Source: an uncultured delta proteobacterium
GTDB lineage: Bacteria > Myxococcota > Myxococcia > Myxococcales > Myxococcaceae
Direction of reading: 5' to 3'
NCBI GenBank assembly: GCA_963771175.1
Contig: CAVYSY010000006.1
Coordinates: forward strand, 107,103 to 171,102
DNA: 64,000 nt
Shown here: positions 54,429-64,000 of the stretch, piece after piece
How positions within the stretch are numbered: the first letter of the stretch is position 1
Layout of the letters: each line of letters begins with the position of its first letter
Program-made: the position numbers and the translations under genes
The notes under the pieces: model-generated
The model's database searches: none
Told to the model about the DNA's origin: nothing
Seen by the model: only the letters and a program-made list of their open reading frames with translations

Positions 54429-54930
54429 CGTTTGCACCGTTACGACGATCGTGAGTTCGGGCGCCTGGCAACTCCAGCGCTTCTTTGTGTTCTTCGGTGC
54501 TAACCCCAACGACGAAGCCATATCCACATGCCGCCGCAGCGTCGTGCTGCTTGCGCAATTGCTTGAGTTCCTTCTCAATCTCCCGCTTTTGGATAAAATC
54601 AGGGTATGTGTCAAATCGATGGGTCTTGATTTCCCACAGCACACGCACGCCGACTTGCAGTGCATCGAAGCTCACACCGCCCACGAGCACATCCATTCCG
54701 GGATAACGGTTGGGCGGAAACTTATCGGCGCACTGATGGCGAATCCCGCCACCACCACGCCCACGACGATTACCGCTCCCACGACGATCTCCGGCGCCGC
54801 CAAGACACAGAGTCCGACGCCCACTGCCGCACCTGCGGAGGCGACGGCGCATCTGCCCGTGATGTCCCGAAACCGAACCCGGTCATGGTCGAGGACATAA
54901 AAGCACCGCTCCGCCAGCACGGGCCAGGCT
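54425..54930 (-). pseudogene. Truncated DUF6310-like PD-(D/E)xK toxin
   Basis: CVLAAPEIVVGAV TM segment joined out of frame to HQCADK..FDALQ..LWEIKT; no clear N-terminus. Confidence 0.6.
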
Positions 54931-55107
54931 CACCGGAGACGAGGTGTCGGAACGAGCCTCCGAGCGCCCCCCTTGCGTGCGCACGGGCGGCCTGAAGGCA
55001 AGGAGCGCGCGCCGAGGCCCCCAGGCAAGCGGGCCGCTTCCCAGGTCCGGACGTCGTGCACACGGTTCGCCAATGAGCCCGCACACGGGCTTACCGGAGG
55101 GACTCAT

Positions 55108-55680
55108 ATGGCGCGCTACAAGGTCGGCTACTTCATCGGCAGTCTTGCCAAGGCCTCCATCAATCGCACGCTCTCCAAGGCGCTGATCCGCGTGGCGCCT
55201 CCGGAGCTGGAGTTCACCGAAATCCCAATCAAGGACCTCCCGCTCTACAGCTACGACTACGATGCGGATTACCCGCCCGAGGGCCGCGCCCTGAAGGACG
55301 CCATCGCCGCGGTGCAGGCCATCCTCTTCGTCTCGCCGGAGTACAACCGCTCGATTCCCGGCGCGCTCAAGAACGCGATCGACTGGGCCAGCCGACCGTG
55401 GGGAACGAACTCCTTCGCGCACAAGCCCTCGGGCATCATCGGCGCGTCCCCTGGCTCCATCGGCACCGCGGTGGGACAACAGAGCCTCCGGGCCGTGCTG
55501 GCCTTCTGCAACTCCCCGCTCTTCAACGAGATCGAGGCCTACATCACGTACAAGCCCGAGGTCTTCGGAGCGAACGGCGAGCTCCACGACGCGAGAACCG
55601 AGACCTTCCTCCGCCGCTACATGGCCGGCTACAAGGACTTCATCGCCCGGGTGACCTCCGTGCTCCCGCCGCAGAAATGA
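55108..55680 (+). CDS. NADPH-dependent FMN reductase (ChrR-like)
   Basis: IGSLAKASIN, SPEYNRSIPGALKNAIDWASRP. Confidence 0.9.
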   Translation: MARYKVGYFIGSLAKASINRTLSKALIRVAPPELEFTEIPIKDLPLYSYDYDADYPPEGRALKDAIAAVQAILFVSPEYNRSIPGALKNAIDWASRPWGTNSFAHKPSGIIGASPGSIGTAVGQQSLRAVLAFCNSPLFNEIEAYITYKPEVFGANGELHDARTETFLRRYMAGYKDFIARVTSVLPPQK

Positions 55681-55896
55681 CGTTTTCCATATTGGCGGGC
55701 CGTCCAGCCACGGGTGAATCCCCCGTTCTCGCGCGGAGCGAACGTGGTTCCCGCGCTGCCCAGCAGGTAGAATGGGAGGCCGGTTGAAGGCGAGGCCCAG
55801 GCCGAGGCCTGCCCAGTCCACTCCCGACGTCCTCTCCGTCATCGGCTCCTTCCTGGTCGCTGCCTCAAGCGCCACTCTCGCCTCCTCCGCACCTGC

Positions 55897-56213
55897 TTGG
55901 GGGACCAGAAATCCCTCTTCACCGGCCAGGACACGCGGCGCTGGAGCGACGTGGCGCTGCGCCACCTCGAGTGTACCAAGGAGATGATGGCCCTCATGCT
56001 GTATGCCTGCCTGAGCACCCTCGGCACGAAGCTCTTCGGCTCGTCACCCGCGAGGACTTCTACCTGGTGCAGACCACGCTCGGCGGGCGCGTGTGGCTGC
56101 GCCCCCCCTCATCAATCCCCTACCACCGACGCGGACCTGGACGCCCTCCTCGCGCCGTCAGCAACGACCGGCTCTTCGTGCGCAGGGTGGAAGTGCTCAC
56201 CTGGGCGGAGTGA
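55897..56213 (+). CDS. Hypothetical small protein (frameshifted)
   Basis: Protein-like reading across frames ending RRVEVLTWAE. Confidence 0.3.
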
Positions 56214-56409
56214 CGCACCTCGGAGGTTGCGCAGGACGCGCGCGTTCCTGAAGTCCGACGTCGCCGGGTGCCCCTGCCCTGGAAAGGGGTGGGGCACTCT
56301 CGGGTTTCTCGGGTTTATCAGCTACTTCCATTTTCTCACAAAATGGCGTATCAACCCAGAATCCATTCCTTCCGGAATGGTTTCTGGAGCCGACCCGAGA
56401 GGACCGACA

Positions 56410-56934
56410 ATGCGTGACACCCTGAAGATGACCCTGGCGGCGCTGGCATCGCTGACGCTCCTCCCGATGGCCTCGACCGCGCACGAGGTCCGGTCGCCCT
56501 TCCCCGGAAACATCACCGCCACCACCTACTACCCGAGCGGTGGGTACCATGGCGCGATCGACGTCTCCTCCGGTCGCTGCAACTACTGGGGCGCCGAGAC
56601 GGCCGTGGTGGGCTCCGTCTTCTGGGACGTGACCATCAACACCACTGGCATCGTCTGCAACGGCAACGGCTACGAGAACGCGAACACCGCGGTGCACACC
56701 TGGTTGGACGGCTGGAAGTTCCACCAGAAGCACTTCATCAAGACCAGCGACTCGTATGACCGCACCTGCGACCGCTGCCAGGTCGGCAACGAGGGCGGCA
56801 CCGGCCAGGCCACCGGCCCTCACGCCCACCTCATGCAGGAGAAGGCCGGCACCAAGGATACCTCCTGGTACTCGGGCTACACCGTCCAGGGTGAGTACGT
56901 GGACCGCAGCGAGACCCTCGGCTACCTCGACTGA
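56410..56934 (+). CDS. Small secreted M23-like metallopeptidase (paralog 1)
   Basis: Signal peptide; HGAID (HxxxD), GGTG.ATGPHAH (HxH). Confidence 0.72.
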   Translation: MRDTLKMTLAALASLTLLPMASTAHEVRSPFPGNITATTYYPSGGYHGAIDVSSGRCNYWGAETAVVGSVFWDVTINTTGIVCNGNGYENANTAVHTWLDGWKFHQKHFIKTSDSYDRTCDRCQVGNEGGTGQATGPHAHLMQEKAGTKDTSWYSGYTVQGEYVDRSETLGYLD

Positions 56935-57012
56935 GCGCCCCCGGGCCATGCGCCCGCGCCAGCTCCGAGACCCCGCCCGAGGCCCCCCTCCGCACCCCAA
57001 GCCCGACCCCCC

Positions 57013-58233
57013 ATGCCCCCAGACGACCCTCCTCGCCCCTCTTCTCCCCCGGCAGGCTCCTCGAATCAGCGCAAGACGCTGCTCGTGGCCGGGGTTGGCC
57101 TCGCCGCCCTGCTCGCCGGAGTGGGGCTGCTCTCCCGCGGCGGTGCCGAGGAGTCCTCGAGCGAGGGGGCCCAGGCCGCCGCGTCCAAGGGCTCCAAGCA
57201 GGGCCCCTCGCGCAGGGAGGCACCCCCGGCCAGGCCGGGTCTCAGGCCGCGGGCGGGGAGGCCAAGGCCCCGAGATTCGACACCACCCTCTGCTGGCAGG
57301 AGCTGGAGCGCTTCAACGAGGCGGTGACGATCGAGAACTTCCGCCAGTGGGCCGAGCCCCTGCTCGCCTCGAAGGATGCGCTCGTGCGGAGCTATCTCAA
57401 GGATCGCCTCACGGAGCTCATCGGGAAGGACCCGGCCCACGCGCTCGAGGTGTTCGGAGTGGACCCGCGACACCCAGGGCAAGTCGTTCGGGATGTTCCT
57501 CGATGGCCGTGAGGGACTCCGAGGCCGTCCACCAGCCCCAGGTCGCCGCGAAGCTCACGGAGATGGGCCTGGACGACAGCATCCCGTCCGAGCGGCGCGC
57601 CAGCATCCTCTCGGCCCTGGACACGCAGAAGCGCTTCGAGCCGGCGGCACTCGACCGGCTCACCACCTTCGCCAAGGACGCCGACCTCCGGTCGAGGCGG
57701 GCTGGGCCGCCACGCGCACCATCGCCCGGGTCATGAAGCGCGACTTCAAGCAGGGCGGCGACATCGCGCCCTACATGGACAAGCTGCTCACCATCGGCGC
57801 CGAGTCCCCCGACGAGCAGATCCGCTACCTGGGGCAGATGATGCCCATGCACGCCGCGCCCCTGCTCGACGCGGACGCCACCGAGCGGTACGCGAAGCTC
57901 CTCACCACCGAGGGCAACGAGGACGGCCGGGGTGCGGCGGCGCACAACCTCTCCCTCTCCCAGGACAAGGAGAAGGTGCTGGAGCTGTTCTCCCAGAGCT
58001 TCGTGACCGAGCAGTCCGAGTGCGTGCGGTGGGCCCTCTTCCGCTTCTCCGCCCGCGTGGCCGGCAAGGACGCCCTGCCCGTCATGGCGAACATGGCCGT
58101 GGTCGACCCGCGCTTCCAGCCGCTCTACCGGGACTTCGAGCGACTCTACGCGAGCGGCACGCTCGACTTCGTGCGGGTGTGGAACAGCCTGCCCAACCAG
58201 GACCCCTTCAACTGCCTCGACCGCCACGAGTGA
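57013..58233 (+). CDS. Membrane-anchored HEAT-like helical protein (frameshifted)
   Basis: TM segment TLLVAGVGLAALL; helical repeats (EQIRYL, GAAAHNL, CVRWAL). Confidence 0.55.
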
Positions 58234-58248
58234 GCCCGGAAGCCCCCC

Positions 58249-59245
58249 ATGACACGCACCGCTCCCTTCCGCACGCCCCCTCCTGCTCGCGCTCACGCTC
58301 TGCCCCCTGCTGCTCCACTCCGGCCGCCGCGCAGCCGAGCCACCCCTGGCCCCGCGCTCCAGGCGCGAGAGCTGCTCCGTCGAGGGCCTGATGGACTCCA
58401 TCCGCCGCGGGCTCGGCTCGAAGTCCGAGGCCTACAAGAAGTACCTGCGCACGCTGCTGCGCGAGTCCGCCGTCACCCTGCCCGACAGCGAGCTCCGCGC
58501 GGCCTTCGAGCGGGAGACGGACCCCGTCATGCTCGAGCACCTGGCGGCCGCCATGGTCGCGCGCACCGAGCGCGGCGCGGACCCCGAGGCGATGAAGGCC
58601 GTCGCCAAGCGGGCCCTGGAGGAGCGCGACCCGGCCGTCCGCGCCGCCACCTTGCGCGCGCTGCGCCGCACCAGCGCCCTGGAGAACACGGGCGACATGT
58701 ACGAGCGCCTGGTGAGGGACCCCTCGCCCGAGGTGCGCCAGGAGGCCGCGACGAACATCGTCGAGGACATCCAGAACGTCTACTCGGGCTTCCACGGCCC
58801 GGCCTCCGACTCCGCGGTGTCGGCCGCGGTCGCCTCCTCGGACCCGAAGGTGACCGCGAAGATTCTCGGCAACCTCGACACCGAGAAGATCGGCGCCGAG
58901 TCGGCGCAGCAAGCTCCAGTCGCTGCTGCGCAGCGAGGATGCCGGGGTGCGCCAGGCGGCGGCCACCGCGCTCGGCGGAGTGCCCGCGGCGGAGATGGCC
59001 AGCGCCCGCGCAGTCCCTGCTCTCCATGTACCGCGACGAGAGGGATTCCGGGGTGCGCAAGGCCCTCCTCCAGAGCATCGCCCAGCTGGGCTTCTCCGGC
59101 GCGGTGCCCGACCTGCCAGCGGCTCCGGAGCGTCGACCCCAGCCTGGCGCCCGAGATCGACACGTGGATTCGAGTCCTCAGCATGGACCTTCAGGAGTGG
59201 AACCTGATCCTGAGGGAGAAGCAGCGGCTGCAACAGGTTCCGTGA
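58249..59245 (+). CDS. HEAT-repeat protein (frameshifted)
   Basis: DPAVRAATLRAL, DPSPEVRQEAA, DAGVRQAAATALG, DSGVRKALL. Confidence 0.7.
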
Positions 59246-59294
59246 AGTCCCCCCCGAGCACGAGCCGAGGAACCGGCTCGAAAGGAACACAACG

Positions 59295-59816
59295 ATGCGT
59301 AACACCCTGAAGATGACCCTGGCGGCACTGGCGCTCATCCCCGCGGCCGTGGCCGCGCACGAAGTGCCGGCTCCCCGCACCCCGGCACGGTGACGGCCCT
59401 CACGTACTACTCGAGCGGCACGTTCCACGGCGCGATCGACATCGCCAGCGGCTCCGGCTGCAACTACTGGGGCGTGGAGACGGGCGTGGTGGGCTCGGTC
59501 TCCTGGAACGTGACCATCCGGACCACCGGCAGCGTCTGCTACGGCAACGGCAGCGGCAACCAGAACGAGGCGAAGCACGTCTTGGACGAACGGCTACAGC
59601 ATCCGCCAGTGGCACTTCATCAAGACCGCCAACTCGTACGACCGCACGTGCGACCGCTGCCAGGTCGGCGACGAGGGCGGCACGGGCAACGCCACCGGTC
59701 CCCACACCCACATCCAGTACGACCTGAACGGCACCAACGACACGTCCTGGTACTCGGGCTACACCACCAGCGGTGAGTACGTCGACCGCACCGAGACCCT
59801 CGGCTACACCGACTGA
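59295..59816 (+). CDS. Small secreted M23-like metallopeptidase (paralog 2; frameshifted)
   Basis: MRNTLKMTLAAL; FHGAID, GGTGNATGPHTH; high identity to 56410. Confidence 0.72.
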
Positions 59817-59919
59817 GTCGCGCTGAAGCGCGGCACCGGCCAGGGAGCGGGTCCACCCGGGCTCCGCTCTCCGGCCAGCAGGGCGACACCCGCGAGGGTG
59901 AGGCCCCCGTCAGGAACTC

Positions 59920-60507
59920 CTACTGACCGTGCGCGGCCTCACCCTCCTGGGCCTGTGCGGCCTGCCCGAGCTTCCGCGTCTCGGCTCGAGCGACGGTGTC
60001 GAGGTTGGCGAGGCCCTGCTCGAAGTCCTTGCCCACCATCGCGTCCATGTCCATGAAGGCCGAGATCGCCTTGCCCATCAAGCTGTTCTTCCCTTCCATG
60101 ATCCAGCTCACCCGGGTCCCCGTCTCGGACGCCGCGAACGTGAAGGTCGTCAGGTTCGTGGCTTCAAAGGGCTTGGTGAACTCGAGCTTGAGGGTGATGA
60201 GCTCGCCGGGCCTGCTCTCCAGAATCGTCATGCGACCCGCTCCGGCCTTGCCGGTTCCGCTCCAGGAATAGCTGGCACCCGGGCCCGCGGACGGTCCTTC
60301 GAAGCTCTTCGTCATGCTCGGGTCGATCTTCTCGTACGGTGACCACTGACCCCACTGGTGGAAGTCGTTGATCATCGCGAAGACGACCTCAGCGGGCGCG
60401 CCAATCTGGGCGCTCCGCTCGACGCGGAAGCTCTCCGGACGCGTGCTGATGAAGGCGATCGCCCCGACGATGAGGACGAGGACGACGATTCCAATCATTT
60501 TTGCCAC
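59920..60507 (-). CDS. SRPBCC/polyketide cyclase-family protein
   Basis: FRVERS, WSPY, GASYSWSG, GKDFEQGLANL. Confidence 0.85.
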   Translation of the reverse strand: MAKMIGIVVLVLIVGAIAFISTRPESFRVERSAQIGAPAEVVFAMINDFHQWGQWSPYEKIDPSMTKSFEGPSAGPGASYSWSGTGKAGAGRMTILESRPGELITLKLEFTKPFEATNLTTFTFAASETGTRVSWIMEGKNSLMGKAISAFMDMDAMVGKDFEQGLANLDTVARAETRKLGQAAQAQEGEAAHGQ

Positions 60508-60558
60508 GAAAACAACTCCTCTTTGGGTTGAAGAACCTGAGACAGTTGTACGCTGGGA

Positions 60559-60990
60559 TTACTGGCGTCGCGACTCGAGGACCTCGCGAAGCCGCGCCTC
60601 CTGCTCCTGGAGCTCGGGCGTGAACTCGGAACCGAAGTCCGACGCCTCGAAGACCTGGCGAAGCTCGAGCTCGACCTCCCCGTCACCGTCGAGAGCGGGC
60701 CAGCGCTTGAGCCATTCGAGCGCCTCTTCCCTCGACTTCACCTGGATCATCGTGAAGCCGGCGATCAGCTCCTTCGTCTCGGCGAAGGGCCCGTCGATCA
60801 CCGTCGGCTTCCCTCCCGAGAACTTCACGCGCGCGCCCTTCGCGCTCGGTTGAAGCCCCTCGCCCGCGAGCATCACGCCGGCCTTCACCAGCTCCTCGTT
60901 GTACTGCCCCATCGCCTCGAGGAGTTCCTTGCTCGGGAGGACGCTCGCCTCGGTGTTCTTGTCTGCCTTGCGGATGATCATGAATCGCAT
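60559..60990 (-). CDS. YciI/DGPF-domain protein
   Basis: GEGLQPS, DGPFAETKELIAGF. Confidence 0.9.
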   Translation of the reverse strand: MRFMIIRKADKNTEASVLPSKELLEAMGQYNEELVKAGVMLAGEGLQPSAKGARVKFSGGKPTVIDGPFAETKELIAGFTMIQVKSREEALEWLKRWPALDGDGEVELELRQVFEASDFGSEFTPELQEQEARLREVLESRRQ

Positions 60991-61279
60991 CGTCGTGTCT
61001 CCTTCTCCGGGTTGGAGCCCGGGCTCTATGACACGTCGAATGAGCACCCGCGAGATCGACACGCCGGATACGTTTTTTTCACAGCGCGCCAAGTGCTTGA
61101 AATGATGGGCCTTTTTCCGCGCCCACCCGCGCGTGGAGCGATGGAGGAAGCCTTCCTCCCCGGAGAGAGAGGGAAAGGTGTTCCCGCCGCTGGACTCGCT
61201 CGTCCCTCCGCGCGGCTCGGGGCCCCACCTTGAGTGGGTGCGCACGCCCTGCTTCCCCGTGCGCCGTGAGGTGAGGCAC

Positions 61280-61672
61280 ATGGATGACCGGATTCAGCCC
61301 CCCTACCGTGATGAGTCCACCCTGGAGCTCGCCGCCCAGGTGCTCGACCAGGCCCGGAGGCTCGTGCGCACCGAGCTCCGGAATACCACCTACGAGCTGC
61401 GCCGCGAGCTGAAGCATGTCCTCACCGGCGGCGTGCTCCTGGTCTCGGGCGCCTGGGTGGGGCTGGGTGCCCTGGCCGCCTTCTCGGTCACCTTCGTGCG
61501 CCGGCTCCAGGGTCGCCCTCCGGGTGGGGCCCTCCTCACGGGGGTGGCGCTCTCGGGAGGAGCCGCCGCGCTGGCGTTCGCCGGCCTGCGAGCCATTCCC
61601 CGCCACCCGTTCGCCGCCCCCATTCAGCAGGTCCGGCAGGACCTGGCGACCCTGCGCTCGCGGCTCTCGTGA
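61280..61672 (+). CDS. Two-TM phage-holin-like/YqjE-type membrane protein
   Basis: LVRTEL..ELRRE coil, two TM helices, QQVRQD. Confidence 0.55.
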   Translation: MDDRIQPPYRDESTLELAAQVLDQARRLVRTELRNTTYELRRELKHVLTGGVLLVSGAWVGLGALAAFSVTFVRRLQGRPPGGALLTGVALSGGAAALAFAGLRAIPRHPFAAPIQQVRQDLATLRSRLS

Positions 61673-61680
61673 GCCGGGGC

Positions 61681-61926
61681 TCACCCGCTCGGCGCGTCCA
61701 CGCCCGCGATGTGCCGCAGGGTCTCGTCATGCGCATCCATCATCTTGTCGGTGGCCTCGCGGACACGCGAACGCCGGTCCTCCCCACGCACGGGACGGAT
61801 GATGAGCGACTCGCCATCCGTCTCCACCTCCAGCGGCGTGTCACTGTCGATGCGCAACTTCTCGAGGAGGGGTTTGTCGAGGATGAGTCCCAGGCTGTCC
61901 CCGATGACGGTCAGCGTCCTGGTCAT
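61681..61926 (-). CDS. AbrB/MazE-family antitoxin
   Basis: LTVIGDSLGLILDKPLL..LEVETDG.SLIIRP. Confidence 0.8.
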   Translation of the reverse strand: MTRTLTVIGDSLGLILDKPLLEKLRIDSDTPLEVETDGESLIIRPVRGEDRRSRVREATDKMMDAHDETLRHIAGVDAPSG

Positions 61927-62167
61927 GGCGTTCCGCTCCGACGGACCACCGTGCGGACGGTGCTCCCATGTCGATACCTACCCGTCAACTTCCTTCCACC
62001 GACCCGACTTTTACAGTAAGCCTGGGGCTCAATCCAACTCCGAGCAGGGAGTGGCCCCGCGCCCTCGCATGCCTGCCTGTCGGGGTAGCTGGAACGCGAG
62101 ATCGAGGACCATGGGCGCCCGGGAACATGAACTGCCCGGGACAGGAACGCCATGGTAGGCAAGCGCC

Positions 62168-64000
62168 ATGGTTGCACTGAGGGACATCAAGGGAGAGGCG
62201 CTCGTCCAGTGGGCCGAGCGCATTGACGCGTCGTCCACGCTGCCCGAGTTGGTTCGGAGACTGCTGCTGGCGAGTGCGCCCCTCCAGTCCATCAGCATGC
62301 CCGCCGACAGCGGCGTGCGGCTGGAGGGCTGGGATGGTGTCGTGAACGCGGCCAAGGCGGGCCCGTTCTGGCCGGCAGGTCCTTCGGTCTGGGAGCTCTC
62401 GGTCGACAAGCGGGTCCGGACAAAGCTGGACAAGGACTTCGACAAGCGCACCGCGCAGGCGCCCTCCTCCATTGACGCGTCTCGGACGACCTACGTCGCG
62501 GTCACCGCGCGACGTTTCGGACAGACGGAGAAGGCGGAGTGGGTCGCCGAGAAGCGACGTCTGGGCACCTGGGCCGACGTGCGTGTCTACGACGCGGATG
62601 ACCTCGCGGCCTGGTTGGCGATGGCTCCTGCCGTGGCGTGCTGGTTCGCCACTTCCGTCCTGGAGCAACCCGCGGAGGACCTCACGGACGTGGAAGCCTT
62701 CCTCCGCCGCTGGAGCAATCGCGGCAAGCTGCGGCCCCTGCCCTCCGAGCTGGCCGTGGCCGGACGGGAGCGCCAGAAGTCAGCGGAACTCGTACGGGCC
62801 TGGGTCGCGGGACCCCGTCCCCAACCGCTCCACGTGCGAGGCGAAACACGGGACGAGGCCCTGGTCTTCACGGCTGCGGCACTGGCCACGGCACCGCGAG
62901 CCGAGCGGGAGCAGTGGCTGGCACGGGCCCTCGTCGTGGAGAGCCGGGAGGCGTGGCGGTGGGCCGTGCGCGCGCATCAGGCCCAGCCCCTCATCCTTCT
63001 TCCTGGCTTCGAGGATTTCGACCCCGGCGAGGCGGTCACGAGCAACGCGTTCGTCGTGGTGCCGGAGGACGCCTCGGAAAGCGGACCCCCCAACGTCCTG
63101 CTCGAGCCCATCCCCTTCAAGTCCTTCGCCGAGGCGCTCGTCCACGCGGGGGTTCGAGCGTCAGACGCCGAGCGGCTGGCCCGGGAGGCGGGAGGCAGGG
63201 TGTCCGCCTACCAGACCCTGGCCGGCCATCGAGCGCAATCCCGTGCGGACCGGGAGAACGAAGGCCCCGAGCTCGCCATGCTCCTCGTAGGTGCATGGGT
63301 GCCGTCGAACGAGGATGACCGAGAAGTGCTCCGAAAGCTCGGAGCGGACCCGGAGCAGGTGGAGCAGCTCTGTGCCTCCAAGAGCCGCGAGCCTGGAATG
63401 CCCATCGTGGCCGATGCCGAGCGCTGGGGGCACAAGTCCTGGCGATGGGCCTCCTCCGCCGAGGCATGGAAACGGCTGGCGGGGAAGCTCACGGACAAGC
63501 ACCTGCGAACCTTCACCCGGGTGGTTCTCGACGTATTGGGGGAACCAGACCCCCGGTACGACATGCCCAGGCAGGAGCGTGTCTACGCGGCCCTGGAGGG
63601 CAAGTCTCTGCGCCGGTCGACAGCACTCCGCGAGGGAATGGCCGAATCCATCGTCCGACTGGCATTGAGCGATGAGGAGCTCAAGGCCACCCACGGACTC
63701 GCTCTTGGAAGCAGGTGGGCGGAATCCATCATCCGGGAGTTGCTGGTTCCCGAATGGAGGCGTTGGGCGTCGCTCTCGGAAGTGCTGCCCTCTCTGGCTG
63801 AGGCGGCCCCCAGGGCATTCATGAACGCCATCGAGCGAAGCCTCGACCAGGGGGACGAGGGCGTCGCGCACCTGCTGGCGGAAGAGAGTGGGTTCATGGG
63901 AGGCAACAGCCCGCATACGGGCCTGTTGTGGGCGCTCGAGACGCTGGGTTGGAGCGAGGAGCTGATGCCCCGCGTCGCCGATGCACTCGCACGGCTGGCG
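62168..64000 (+). CDS. Large protein with restriction-endonuclease-like N-terminus (partial, runs off window; not in ORF track)
   Basis: Hand translation: MVALRDIKGEALVQWA...LPELVRRL...GWDG...WELS...DADDLAAWL; the last codons (HTGLLWALETLGW) are in the same frame. Confidence 0.75.
   Translation, partial: MVALRDIKGEALVQWAERIDASSTLPELVRRLLLASAPLQSISMPADSGVRLEGWDGVVNAAKAGPFWPAGPSVWELSVDKRVRTKLDKDFDKRTAQAPSSIDASRTTYVAVTARRFGQTEKAEWVAEKRRLGTWADVRVYDADDLAAWLAMAPAVACWFATSVLEQPAEDLTDVEAFLRRWSNRGKLRPLPSELAVAGRERQKSAELVRAWVAGPRPQPLHVRGETRDEALVFTAAALATAPRAEREQWLARALVVESREAWRWAVRAHQAQPLILLPGFEDFDPGEAVTSNAFVVVPEDASESGPPNVLLEPIPFKSFAEALVHAGVRASDAERLAREAGGRVSAYQTLAGHRAQSRADRENEGPELAMLLVGAWVPSNEDDREVLRKLGADPEQVEQLCASKSREPGMPIVADAERWGHKSWRWASSAEAWKRLAGKLTDKHLRTFTRVVLDVLGEPDPRYDMPRQERVYAALEGKSLRRSTALREGMAESIVRLALSDEELKATHGLALGSRWAESIIRELLVPEWRRWASLSEVLPSLAEAAPRAFMNAIERSLDQGDEGVAHLLAEESGFMGGNSPHTGLLWALETLGWSEELMPRVADALARLA

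Noticed and set aside
55690..55785. HDV-like ribozyme, suggested by a hairpin followed by AATGGGA
   Set aside because: I could not build the nested pseudoknot, and the catalytic C position is absent.
61280..61672. Prophage inferred from the holin-like gene and the GH19 lysin
   Set aside because: The two genes are about 55 kb apart, and no structural, terminase or integrase genes are present.

Overview
This is a high-GC myxobacterial chromosomal window (Archangiaceae/Myxococcaceae-like, judged from a vegA orthologue, DUF2381, Uma2 and DUF5953/DUF6310-type genes). Single-base indels are frequent and split many genes, most densely at about 21.3-26.4 kb and 37.5-40.2 kb. They look like long-read errors, so several CDS limits are approximate and were reconstructed across frames. 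Routine content includes histidine kinases, a Ser/Thr kinase, kynA, gor, GH15, SCO, a macrodomain protein and an SDR, interleaved with accessory islets. No rRNA, tRNA, CRISPR array, integrase or transposase was recognised. The top finding is a probable unannotated selenoprotein at 28782-29795: a signal peptide, then C-A-G-UGA in frame with a beta-barrel-like body, followed by a bacterial SECIS-like hairpin with a GGUC loop. It ends an operon that also has a Cys-rich leader ORF and a CxxCH/thioredoxin lipoprotein. Other notable items are an NLR-like phosphoesterase-NTPase-TPR gene with eight 123-bp repeats, a large nuclease-like ORF missing from the ORF track (62168 to the window end), an M23-HEAT-HEAT-M23 cassette, an ApbE flavinylation cluster, an MshEN-REC-cyclase fusion and a REP-like inverted repeat array. 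All family assignments come from motif recognition by eye; no searches were run.
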